Positions 37,949 to 48,863 of a stretch of DNA of 64,000 nt are shown here, one piece after another (the stretch's first letter is position 1; each line of letters opens with the position of its first letter). Both the position numbers and the translations under genes were made by a program. A model generated the notes under the pieces. That model was not told the origin of the DNA, made no database searches, and saw only the letters and a program-made list of their open reading frames with translations. Source of the stretch: Hormiphora californensis (taxonomy: Eukaryota > Animalia > Ctenophora); contig CM035353.1 of NCBI GenBank assembly GCA_020137815.1, forward strand, positions 1,798,001-1,862,000. Reading direction: 5' to 3'.

Positions 37949-40900
37949 TCAGATTCCAATATCGAGCACGGAACACCGAATGCTTCCTCCGCTCTTTCTG
38001 AACTCTTGATATGGTGCTATGATTATTTCGTAACCCAGAGAGGTCAGCTTTGCGTGGAGAGAAGGGGAGAATGCCATTCCCACAATGTAGTGTTTATCGC
38101 CAGCTGAAATGTATATTGGGTTTTCAGGAAATAAGTTTTGGGGGAAACAGTTGTACCGATTAGGTTCAGGCAATCTGAGATTTCAGGTTTCAGTGGAAAA
38201 TAGCCGTGGCCTGAACCTGAGGTTCAGGCACGACTGTTTTCCCCCATTGAAAGTCAAATCTTGTAAGACTATTGATTAATTAGTGGTGCTTATACCTTGA
38301 ACGGGAATGGCGTTTGGAACAAAATTTGTTACACAATCTTCCTCGCTAATCTCAATTAAATTTTCCTCTCCATTTATTTCCCTGAAAATGTCAGTTAGTT
38401 TAGATTTCAATTTCAATACTTTTAGATCTTATACAATCTTTACGGTTGCTAGAACACTGATAAATAACTTAATATCTATATTTGCTTACTTGATGAGGTT
38501 CAAAGATTGTTTATCGAAGGCAGGGGTAAACACAAGGGCATGCCCCTTGGAAAGGTTTAACATTGCTGTATCAAGATGGTAACACTTGTCGGAAACTAAT
38601 TTCAGTTTATGGAATTCCGTTCCAGTAAAATCTAAGTTATCCTTGACGAAGTGGTACGATTTTTCACTGGACCTAAAATTGAGTAAAATATATATTAAGC
38701 TTGCAGTATATAGTTTATTGTGATATTTTACAGGAAGATTTTTACATGCACTGTTTACTAACTATTACCTAAACCCAAATCCAAGATAAGCATGCTTCCT
38801 GTCATAGTTATACGCAAAGTCTCCGCAACCCTCCAGAAATGAACCGTTCGGTCTAGAGTCTTGTACCTATAAAGAGAAAGGTGCATGCGAAAGGTTTTGA
38901 GTTTACAGCCCGTCAGAGGGGCCATGCAGTTGCAGTTGCAGTTGCAGTTGCAGTTGCAGTTGCAGTTGGGCCAGTCCCGTGAGACTGTTCAGTCAGAGCT
39001 GACATCTAGTTTTGCTTGGTACCAAATTGCTACCTCCCTGCTTCGTAGACAGGTACCCGCTCCGCCCCAAAAAGGGTCGTTTCTTCCAAGGGATGTTGCA
39101 CGCGATCCACTGGACCGATTTGCATCCGGTTTGTCGCAAAAGACTATAAATTGATCCTAATATACTGGAAAATACCCGAGAATTTTGTCTGTCAACAGGA
39201 AGTGGGTCAAAATTGACACTGAAGTCAAATCTATAATCTGACTTCCGAGAATTTCTGCACTACGCCCATGTGGTTTAGAAGATATTGGGAGATATGTTGA
39301 TGCAAATAGCATCAGAATTTAATGCCGGGTATTTTCCAGTACTCACAAGACTTCAACCTATCTTCTGATACCCTCAGATTCATTCTAAACCATCTGGGAG
39401 TGGGGCAAAATCTCCGGGAAGTCAAATGTGAGTTTCAACTTCAGGGTCAATTTTGACCCACTTCCTGTTGACAGACAAACTTCTCGGGTATTTTCCAGTA
39501 AACTTGGATCAATTTGCAACCTCAGGAAACAAGCGGGATGTAAATCGGTCCAGTGGATCGTGCGCAAGAGCTCTTGAAAGACAAGACCCTTTTTTAGGGG
39601 TCGGAGCAGACACCTTATATGTGTGAGCTCGATCTCGGTCGCGCTAGGTACGTCAATGACACCAATATAGTTTTGCAAGTAAATAAAGGTACATGCATGA
39701 TTTACATATACCCGTTATATTATAACTAGAAAACCCGTTGAAGTAGAGCACCCGTTGACCAAAATTCCCACACTCTCCCTCACCCAGGAGCACCCCTCTC
39801 ACCCACTGCACCAACCCGCACGTGCAGCCTTCAATCACCCGCTGCGTAGCTGGGCTATGGCACTTCCTTGGCAACCCCCCACCATTTGCACGTGGGATAC
39901 TACATCCTCCTCCTCACCATCACGCCACTCATTTGTACTTTATAATAAGGATATGTAGCAGGAACCGACCGAAACAAGTAAACAACCAATTAGAACTCGT
40001 TATTTTGGTCACGTGACTGGTTTAGGTTATCAGCCAATTAGGGCCCAATATTTCCTGATTCGGTGGGTTCCTGCCCTATAGGGTCATTCTTCAGTCTTGA
40101 AACTATAAGGAACTAAATCACTGCATACCTGAAATCCTTGCTTCGTAAACCATCCAATAGTAAGATCTGTTTCCTCTCGTCGAGGCGGGTTATACATAGT
40201 GGATGTGAGCGCTTTACCTCCCCACACAACCGCACAGTTAGCGCAAAACACTTGGTCCACGAGGCCTGGCGAGTTCTCAATGACATCAACCTTCACCCCG
40301 ATAGATGTGAAAGTGGAACGGAGGTCCTCCCATTGCTTCATGGCGAGGCGCTTATCGACTGGTTTACTCATCGTCATGTACACGTTGTGGCCCTGCAGAT
40401 GATTACACATGGTTTAGAAGGTGTGGAAATTGGGCAGAGCTATTATACCTTCACTGCGTCTGCAGCACTATACAGCTATTATAGATTTGTTAGATGCTAT
40501 AATAGTTTCAGTTGTGCTTTGTGTTATACCGCGCGGCCCAAAAAAAACTAAGGGTACGTTGGCCTTCTTTTCTCCCAGAAGTTTAATTTCAATCACTCTG
40601 ATATTTTGTCACAATATTTGTATGGTTACTCATTCGAGGAATCCGGAGTTTCAAAACATAAAAGTGTGAAGTTCATGAATGAACCCAATTTCTCGTTTTT
40701 CGGGTTTTTCCAAGTTTTCTCATGGTTAAATTCGATTTTATTCTTAAAAATAGCAACCATGCATTAGAGTAAACAATAATAAATGGCAATCCGAGTTTTT
40801 ATTAAAAATGAATCAAGTTTAGTTGGTGAAATAAATGATTAAAAAACGGTCATTTTTACCAAACATCGATTTTAACCCGTTTTGACAAGAAATTGGTAAA

Positions 40901-41737
40901 TTCAGGCGCTAAAAATTCGTACGGCCGTTACACTTGATCGATATTGATGTTAGCTAGAATTTCGGCTCTCTATCTAAAAATTCATTTTTACGACTGGAAT
41001 GAATCCTAAATGAACTTGAAAACAAAAAAGGTATTCCAAACCGGAATTTCACAGTCGCCTTTGGGTAACGATTTCCTTTCAAACGCGACTAATTTTAGGT
41101 CAATTGTACCACCACAAGAGACACAGTGGCCACTTTTCCGACACTAGGTCTGGCCAAGTGACCCCTATTGGACCGCTAGCGTCATTACTAAGTGCCAATA
41201 AGCAGGTGTAACGGTCGCGTATCACGTATCACATCTGCTAATTAGGACGGTATACCGATACAGCGTCCGTTAGAATGTAAGTTCTCTTGCTAACACGTCA
41301 TAATTTGATGGGGATCACATGACCCAACCTAGGCTTGGCAAACTGGTCACTGTGATTCTTGTGGTGATCCAATTAAGCTCAAACTGGTCGCGTTCGAAAG
41401 AAAATCGATAGCCAAACAAATTTGTAAAACTTTGGGACCAAAATATGGTCCCGTTTTGGCGTTCATTAAATGTTCATTCGGGCGAAAAAAATGAATTTTC
41501 ATCCAGAGGGCTGAAACTCCGGAATCCTCGAATGAGTAACCATACAAATATTGTGACAAAATATCAGAGTGATTGAAATTAAATTTCTAGGAGAAAAGAA
41601 GGCCAACGTACCCTTAGTTTTTTTTGGGCCGCGTACACAACGGATTATCAAACTGACAATACCTTATGGATTACATCAAATTGAGTCGGTCGGCACATGA
41701 GTAGCCGAGTCCAGCTTCGCACGGCAAAGTTTGTCAT
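37949..41737 (-). CDS. Amidinotransferase/pentein-superfamily enzyme, ArgZ/AgrE arginine-dihydrolase-like, copy B (~286 aa, 6 exons)
   Basis: Exons 41737-41663, 40392-40129, 38866-38769, 38672-38490, 38381-38296 and 38103-37949 are all GT-AG and in phase (861 nt). Motifs: LMCRPTQFDV..GHNVYM, DK.LA.KQW, PGLVDQVFCAN, RREE, LEGCGD, LGFGFRS, YHLDT, PNA, EFRKSGGSIRC. Confidence 0.92.
38925..38968. repeat. (TGCAGT)n microsatellite
   Basis: Read directly from the sequence. Confidence 0.95.
39959..40073 (+). mobile_element. ~109-bp hAT-like MITE CAGGAACCGACCGAA...TTCGGTCGGTTCCTG (also 43894-44002, 51888-51996, 54475-54583, 55157-55265, 58474-58582, ~60250-60349, ~60995-61070, 63171-63279)
   Basis: 15-bp TIR starting CAGG. 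8-bp TSD GTGTGTAG at the 63171 copy. The interior carries two CCAAT boxes around GTCACGTGAC. Confidence 0.9.
40529..41633. mobile_element. ~1.1-kb non-autonomous DNA transposon with ~125-bp TIRs, in intron 1 of copy B
   Basis: CGCGGCCCAAAAAAAACTAAGGGTACGTTGGCCTTCTTTTCTCC...GAGTTTCA is mirrored at 41511-41633. Confidence 0.88.
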
Positions 41738-41798
41738 AGCTATTCGAGATACAAGGGGTTTATTTAAGAGAGAAGGGGGATCCAGGCAACGTATTCTA

Positions 41799-42155
41799 CT
41801 AGCGCACCCACCGGATATGCGCCTCAAGTAAGGGGTTTTGACAAACCACCCGGCTGGATCCATTGCAACCTATAATGTATGTGAGATCGATCTCGGTCGC
41901 TGCGATCTCGGTCGCTTCGCCAGGTGACCCTTTTTCTTGCCCATTTGACGCCAACACATTTATGTGACCAAATTGCTGTAAAGCTGTCAGTTATTCACAC
42001 TTTTGGAAGTTCATGAAGATTTTAGCGATTCAATCTTCATGGTTACCGATCCAGTTGCCATGGCAACAGTAAAAATTGCCGTTTCAGGGCGAAAAAAGCC
42101 GGGTGGGTTTGTCATCAGCCCGTGCTTGAGGCGTACCCGGTGGTTGCACGCTAGC
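41799..42155. mobile_element. Degenerate inverted-repeat element between copies A and B
   Basis: CTAGCGCACCCACCGG..GCCTCAAG..GACAAACCACCCGGCT on the left against AGCCGGGTGGGTTTGTC..CTTGAGGCGTACCCGGTGGTTGCACGCTAG on the right. Confidence 0.7.
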
Positions 42156-42352
42156 AGTTTATACAAAGATGTACAAAGATTAGAAAATTGTTAAAAAGTC
42201 ATTTTACCAACTATAATATACATTGCATATTATGCAATGCAAAAACAAAACCCGGGTTGCCGATAACGACCGGCTTGCCGATAACGACCGGCTTGCCGAT
42301 AACGACCGGCTTGTCAGAATTCCTTGAAATTTTGTGTAGGTCTTGTCGTTGT

Positions 42353-45129
42353 TTAGTTCGTCGCTCCTGTAAGAAATGTTTATGTTGGGATTTTTACTAA
42401 GAAATTGACTCCTTTCTTACTTTAAATTATAAAAAGTGTTTTAACTTACGCGTCTGGCCGATATCGCGTGACTGGCCGATATCTGCAACTGTACACCTAA
42501 CTGCTCCTCCACTCAATAAAAACTGGTCAAATTCCACATGTTCACACACGTACCTATACATGCATCAGTGTAAACTAGCAAGTAGCTCTTTATCTGATAC
42601 ACAGCGTGCCAAGTGTCTGGTGAACTTTTAACACAAACTCGAGTTCGTGTTAAAAGTTCACCTGGCACGTCCTGGATAACAAAAAGTATGTATACAGCTG
42701 CCAAAATTGTTCAGAGTCATACCCGCACGTAATCTCACTAAAATTGCCTAAATTCAAATTAGCTGACTTACCCTAAACTTTCTAAAATGCTCCTAAGCCG
42801 AGGACTGAAGCTGGGACTAACAACCACCGCTTGTCCAGAACTGGGCGAGGTAAAGGAAACACAATTACAAGAAAACGCCATCGCCTCGTCTTCCGTTACT
42901 TCAATCAGTTTGTCGCTTGATCCTGAAAGAATTGAACATTCATTTTTTCCCCGCCCGGGTGAAGGGTGAAGGCCGAAGGCCTTCACCCGGATGCCTTTTG
43001 CAAAAAGGCATAGGGGTTTAGAAAACTAAACGGATATAGTGACTATGTGTAACAACCTGCTCCTTCATAAACCACTTCATTGAGATGTTTTCAAGAAATG
43101 GGTGGCGCGCAATTCCGCAATGTGGTGCGCAATTTACTGCTACTAAAATACAAGGATTTGTTCTATACTGTTTGCGTGATGTATAAATGATCCGCAATGT
43201 CTGTCCCGCCTTCATGTTAGAAATGAAAGGTTGGCGGGGAAACATAACGCATTTACTCTTGTTAACTAATTAGCTTTCGATTTTGTTTTTGACCTACATA
43301 CCTACTCCTTCGAATATAGTTTTCCGACTGGTTTCTTCGAATGCACCAGGGTAGTAGAGAATGTGCCCCAGAGCAAGAGGCGCCATGCATGTATCAAGAT
43401 GATAGAATCTCTCTGGAATAACAGTGATGGGATAAATATCATCAAGTAATCATAAATTTTGGGTAAGAAATTTCGTTTGAGACTAACCATCAATTAGCCG
43501 AACTTTGAAAACATCCTCTCTTTTCAGTGAAAAGAAATCTAGTATGGGTTCGTATGCACTTTCAGCCGTCCTTTGACCCCAACCAAAGAAGAACCTGCTT
43601 AGATCGGCCATGGGGGAAAACTCAGCATTTCCCTCGCAGAAAGTGTAAGGTTTTGCTATTTCATTGAAAGTTGCCACTTCAAAACCCATTTCCCGGTACC
43701 AATTCTCAAATGCCCCCTCCTCGGGCTTCCTCGGCTCGGCAGCCATGTTTGAAATAAGTGCTTTGTTGTTCAGTACAATGGCTGAGTTTGCAGCGAATAC
43801 CATGTCAACGGCACCTGGAGAAGTGTAGTTGGAAATTTCATTATCTTACAAATTTACACAGTTTCTATGTTTCCAATTTAAATTGTTTCTGTTCAGGAAC
43901 CGACCGATACAAGTAAACAACCAATCAGAACTCGTTATTTAGATCACGTGACTGATTATCAGCCAATCAGGGACCAGTATTTTCTGAGTCGGTCGGTTCC
44001 TGGTTCTGTGTCAGACTGTACCAGGTATAGGATCACATGTTAAAGTTTCCAAACCGTGGTTCTTGAATACATTTTGTAGTCTATCCCACTGAAAACTAGC
44101 CTTAGCTTTGTCAACAGGTTCAATACAGCTGAAAAATAAGTGTAATTATTAACTATTAATTAAAACTATTAATTATTAACTATTAATTAAGAGTTTCATC
44201 AAAACTAAATTCACATTCTATGTATGACCACCATTTCAAAAGTATTTACACAGAAGTATAAATGAGGTATAAACTCTTGCCAGTGGCGCGTTATTTCAGA
44301 TACCTTTCTCCCAGCGCGCCGCTGGGAGAAGGTAGCTGTAGTTTATCCGCCACTGGCGGATAAACTGGTTTAAATCACGACGACGATCCCGAGGCGTAGC
44401 CGAGGGAGAGGCGGAGGGGTTTAAACCTATAACGCGTCTGTGACAAGAGTTTATAGGTTATATACCCTGCTTTAGTTGTTTGTTACAAGTATTACAAACT
44501 AACAAGAGAGAGAACACTAATCAAAACACACAAAGAGGAAAAAAAACCTCTCAATTGAGTGTATATTGTTTGGTAACAGTTACTAAGGAGAGAGAGAAAG
44601 AAATAACAAGATATGGGGCATGCCAGACATAACACAGAGGAGTTGAGATAGTGAAACAAAAGGGAAGATAAAGAGAGAGTAATTGACGGAATGTGTTGTT
44701 TCTTTCTCTCCAATTTAGTGTGTAACTCTTCCAAACAGTGTTCCCTCTGTATTTCAGTAAGAACTGATCATTTACACACACTTTGAATGTAACATAGGAG
44801 TTAAAAATAAATAACCTGCCAGTGGGAAATAATCTGCCGCTGGACTGGCTGGTTATCGAGAGCGCGCTAGTGGGACTTCTCGCCACTGGCGCATTATTTA
44901 AGTTAGCAGGGTATATAGTATTATATAATGCTGAGCATATGTAATTGGTAGGGGTTTGTCGACGAACTATGATTTCACTACAATGTACTAACTTCACTAA
45001 TTTTCATTACTAATTTCACTCTCTGAATTACCTCATGTGAGGATTGAGGTTTTGATGGATCACGTCAAACTGGGAGGGCCTGACCATCATAATCCGCCGG
45101 TAAATCTTCGCAGCACATGACACAGACAT
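42353..45129 (-). CDS. Amidinotransferase/pentein-superfamily enzyme, ArgZ/AgrE arginine-dihydrolase-like, copy A (~303 aa, 6-7 exons)
   Basis: Exons 45129-45032, 44128-44022, 43814-43488, 43412-43302, 42922-42772, 42553-42450, plus 42366-42353 (RATN*) or read-through to a stop at 42427. Motifs: MMVRPSQFDV..NLNPHM, DK.KA..QW, PGAVDMVFAAN, RKPEE, CEGNAE, FGWGQRT, RLIDERFYHLDTC, LYYPGAF, FSCN, QFLLSGGAVRC. Confidence 0.92.
44268..44917. mobile_element. Bipartite inverted-repeat element, Crypton-like (error-rich copy ~9410-10010)
   Basis: Module 1 TATAAACTCTTG..CAAGAGTTTATA (44268-44455) plus module 2 TATATACCCTGCT..AGCAGGGTATATA (44459-44917). Internal hairpins and a CCGAGGCGTAGCCGAGG motif. 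Confidence 0.6.
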
Positions 45130-45790
45130 ATTGTAGACTCAGCTAAAAGCGAATTAATTAGAACCTAGAAATGACAATTGTGAACTGAAAACAGAACTGA
45201 GAATTTAGAACTATGATCAGACGCGATTATATACAAGATGGGCCACAGGGTACTACCCGTATCCTCCATACGCAGTGTTTGAGCAGTGTTTACGCAGTGA
45301 ATACGCCACGGATTGTTAGTAACGGTTAGCGAGGTGCATGGAGCATCAAAACGGTGATAATTGTTACCATGCTGCATGGCCCACCTTGTTACCATCATGG
45401 TGACATAGACACCTGGCGCGACCCCCGCTCAATCTCGGTCGCGCCAGGTGTCTATGTCACCAAGTTACCACCATGTTCATTCTGAACCTACTATTATTCT
45501 TTAATCGCGTTTTATAACCTATCAATGCAATAATCAACTGGGCACTTCAAAAAAACTCTTGGTTATAATTATATGTTGTAGTTATAACCTGATATCAGTT
45601 TAAAAACCAAGTAAACTATTATTATTCCTTGTTGAGTAAACAAATTATTCCTATGAACAGGGATGTGCAGGCGGAAGGAAAATCGAGGTCTCGTACTGGA
45701 CTCGAGGTCTGTGGATAGCATAGATTGCAAGACATGAATAAGGAAGTGTACTAAGTAAATATTATTGTTGCCTCTAAGGTATCACCCCAC

Positions 45791-46558
45791 TAGTAGGGGG
45801 GTTGTAGCACCGGGAGGTAATGAGTAAACACACACACACGCATTGAGCAAGCTCAATGTTTAGCTATTCTCCGGCTGGGTATAGGGCTGAGGTACTGGCA
45901 AGATATAGTAGGATCGCTACTGCCCACATGTCAAGTTTATATATATCCGAATAAACTTGACATGTGGGCAGTAGCGATCCTACTATATCTTGCCAGTACC
46001 TCAGCCCTATACCCAGCCGGAGAATAGCTAAACATTGAGCTTGCTCAATGCGTGTGTGTGTGTTTACTCATTACCTCCCGGTGCTACAACCCCCCTACTA
46101 ATGTATTGACTGGTTAGCAACCAAGATGTAGCTTATATAGTGGCTGATTACTCACAGTGCCGGCCGTAGTGGAGAAATCCCATAGTGCCAATTGCACAAT
46201 TAATGTGTGGTAATACTGGGTCAGTGCAAGATATACGGAGTGATCGTTATTAAAACACAAGGATTGTTTCTATACGGATTTACCAGTATAAGAGGTACTG
46301 AAAACCACTACTAGTGGTTGGGAGTAATGGCCGAGTATATATGAGAGCTTAGTGGACCCCCGGTTACAGGCAATGTTAACGGGGAGCGAAGCTAAGACGG
46401 TCCCTGTGACCCCCCAACCTTTTAAACTTGTATATCCGAATAAACTTGACATGTGGGCAGTAGCGATCCTACTATATCTTGCCAGTACCTCAGCCCTATA
46501 CCCAGCCGGAGAATAGCTAAACATTGAGCTTGCTCAATGCGTGTGTGTGTGTTTACTC
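45791..46558 (-). mobile_element. Rearranged retroelement-derived insertion: ~310-bp palindrome plus partial tandem repeat, 12-bp TSD
   Basis: Perfect ~150-bp arms spanning 45791-46100. The arm is repeated directly at ~46431-46558. GTATCACCCCAC at 45779-45790 and 46559-46570. Confidence 0.8.
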
Positions 46559-47898
46559 GTATCACCCCACGTCCATGCAGTAAAATTCCTGCAGAACCCA
46601 AAATGATTCACATACCCGGTAGTGATAATAGAATTACATATTTCGAAATGAAGGCCTCAAATTTCACGATAAGATAGAAAGCTAATTCCGGATTCATTGG
46701 ATTCGTCTCGAAAAGATGATTCAGAAAAGCTCCGTGCAGCTGTAGGGGGTTTCCAGACCACAGTCAAACACTATAAACTACTACATAATTTCAATATCTC
46801 AAGTTCATCATGTAAGCATGTATGTCAAAGACAGCCGTGGCCATTTTGGCCATTTTGGGTCGTTTTGGGGTCGTTTTGGGGTCGTTTTGGGAACGCATTT
46901 CCCCAATAGTAAAATTTAGTTTCAATTTAGACAGCCTTTGGGTTGGCTAAATTCTCAGCCTGTTTAGTCCAAATTTTAGTGCTAGGTTAGTGGGGCTTAT
47001 ATGGGTTCAGTGTAAATTGGGGCGTGAAATCACGTGACTTGTACCACATGGAGGGGGTTTTAGTATGGAACTAATCCCTCTCTAAAACCCTAATCGAAGC
47101 ACAAAAAACCAACACTAATTCTGTAATTCGTGGACGAAATCGATAGAGCTCTCCAGTTTTCACACTCAAAAGGCCTAATTAGTGGAGATCTAAAAGTTTA
47201 GTACTGTTCGTGGAGGACCCCCTGTACACAGTACACATTCATAACTTGCCCATGGCAAAATCTATCGGTGAAATCATGATTAATCATCCATATTTGGTTT
47301 CTTTATTCCTTTAATCTTACTTTTACTCGGCATTTCACACCGCCCCACGACCGGCAGTCAAAATTTTCGGAAAAGAGTCTTTCATGCCAGCGCAAGAGTG
47401 AACAGGTCCTTCAAAAGAACAAATAGCTCGCCCTGCCGGTCTTTGAAGCTGCATCTCTAACCGCTTGTGAGGATGGGGAGAGATCGATATCCCACAAAAG
47501 GAGAGATTCACAAACAGGGATAAGAGATGATAAGATGGGCGTTGGCAGAGGGGCGCGACGTGACCAAGACAATAAGAGCTCTTTATCTGTTATTGTCTCT
47601 TAAGAGACGATAACAGAAAAAGAATTTAATATTGGCAAAAGATAGAATTGAGAATTCAATTCAACGTAGTCCGTTACTTCTCGAACGCTTTCGTGAATTA
47701 AATATTTGATCAAATCAGTCGTCGAGAAATTAAATCGATTTATCGATATACCGATTGTATCGTGATAAAATCAACATTTTTTGTCACGTTCTGCGTTGAA
47801 TAAAAGGCAGTGAGTTGAGACCTCTTGGGCACTGTTTCTACTATAGGTAGTTATGTTTCTTGCTATGTAACAAACGAGATTTCGGAGATTTCCAAATT

Positions 47899-48526
47899 TA
47901 TAGACCCCGCCGGCTCAAATAGACGCACGGCGCGCTCAAACAATTTGCACTGGTCTATTGGGCCGTGCACTGCCGTGAGTTTGTGTCTCGATAGACGCAC
48001 GCCCTCTGACAGATTTGTGTAAAGATCACAAAGAATCACTGGAAACACGATAAAATGACATGACAACACAAGAGGGAGTGTGTGTACAACCAACTACACT
48101 CTCTGTCTAAATTTGGCGCCCGCCAGTCTGTTGGCAACTGTTCCTCTTGACCCACAATTAACGGTTATCTCTCTCAGCATTCCACCCTTTTGATTTGTTA
48201 AAACGATTGCTACGAGTGTGTAGGAATGTAGAGAGACACTCTGTAGCTTCATTTCCAACTGTTTGACCCGTTTTGTGTGAGCTCTCTGTTTGAGCACCAC
48301 GTAAATTGTGCTTGTTTTGCTTCTAGGTGCCCGCCAGCGGGGTCTATAGAACACAACTCCCTCCCTTGCGTGCAGATATATACCTGTAAACCCCTCGCTG
48401 ACGCTCGGGATTTACAGGGCTGTAATGCACGGTCCCTTCGGGACCCGTGCATTACAGCTCAATAGACGCACTGCTCTGCAGTGCGTCTATTGAATAGATG
48501 CCCGCGCGGGAGGGAGTTATGTACTA
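47899..48526. mobile_element. Second bipartite inverted-repeat element (error-rich copies ~10228-10828 and ~11905-12553)
   Basis: Module 1 TATAGACCCCGC..GCGGGGTCTATA (47899-48348) plus module 2 TAGAACACAACTCCCTCCC..GGGAGGGAGTTATGTACTA (48347-48526). Both modules occur together in all three copies. Confidence 0.7.
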
Positions 48527-48863
48527 TGTAGACTAGATAATATCATGATACAGTCGGACCCCGATTTAGTGGCATCCTCGGGGGAAAGGGGTTTGTCCAA
48601 ATCGGGGTCAAATACTGTTAGTTTCCTATATCGGGGGAAGATTATCCTGCCACTAAATCTGGGTGCCACTAAATCGGGGGTCACTAAATCCGGGTCTGAC
48701 TGTACTATCCTTGATAGACGTGACCTCAAACTCAGTTTGAGGTACACGTCTACAAACTGGCACATTTCTCACTTGTTCGTTTGATTAACTAACGCACTAA
48801 CAGTGTACTACCTGCTCCAGTGTTTCTAGGACAAAGCATATCTTAGAGGAGCGGAGATTCCAC

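Noticed and set aside
41738-41863. N-terminal extension MDPAGWFVKTP.. of copy B in the ORF track
   Set aside because: It derives largely from the inverted-repeat element at 41799-42155. Homology to copy A starts at the ATG at 41737.
37949-45129. Bacterial contamination as the source of the ArgZ-like genes
   Set aside because: Both copies have multiple GT-AG introns containing the same MITE families found across the window.
46130-46400. Hammerhead-like (CTGATTA..GAAA) and twister-like (TAACATTGCCTGTA, minus strand) motifs in the palindromic insertion
   Set aside because: The core is mismatched and I could not build the required stems or pseudoknots.
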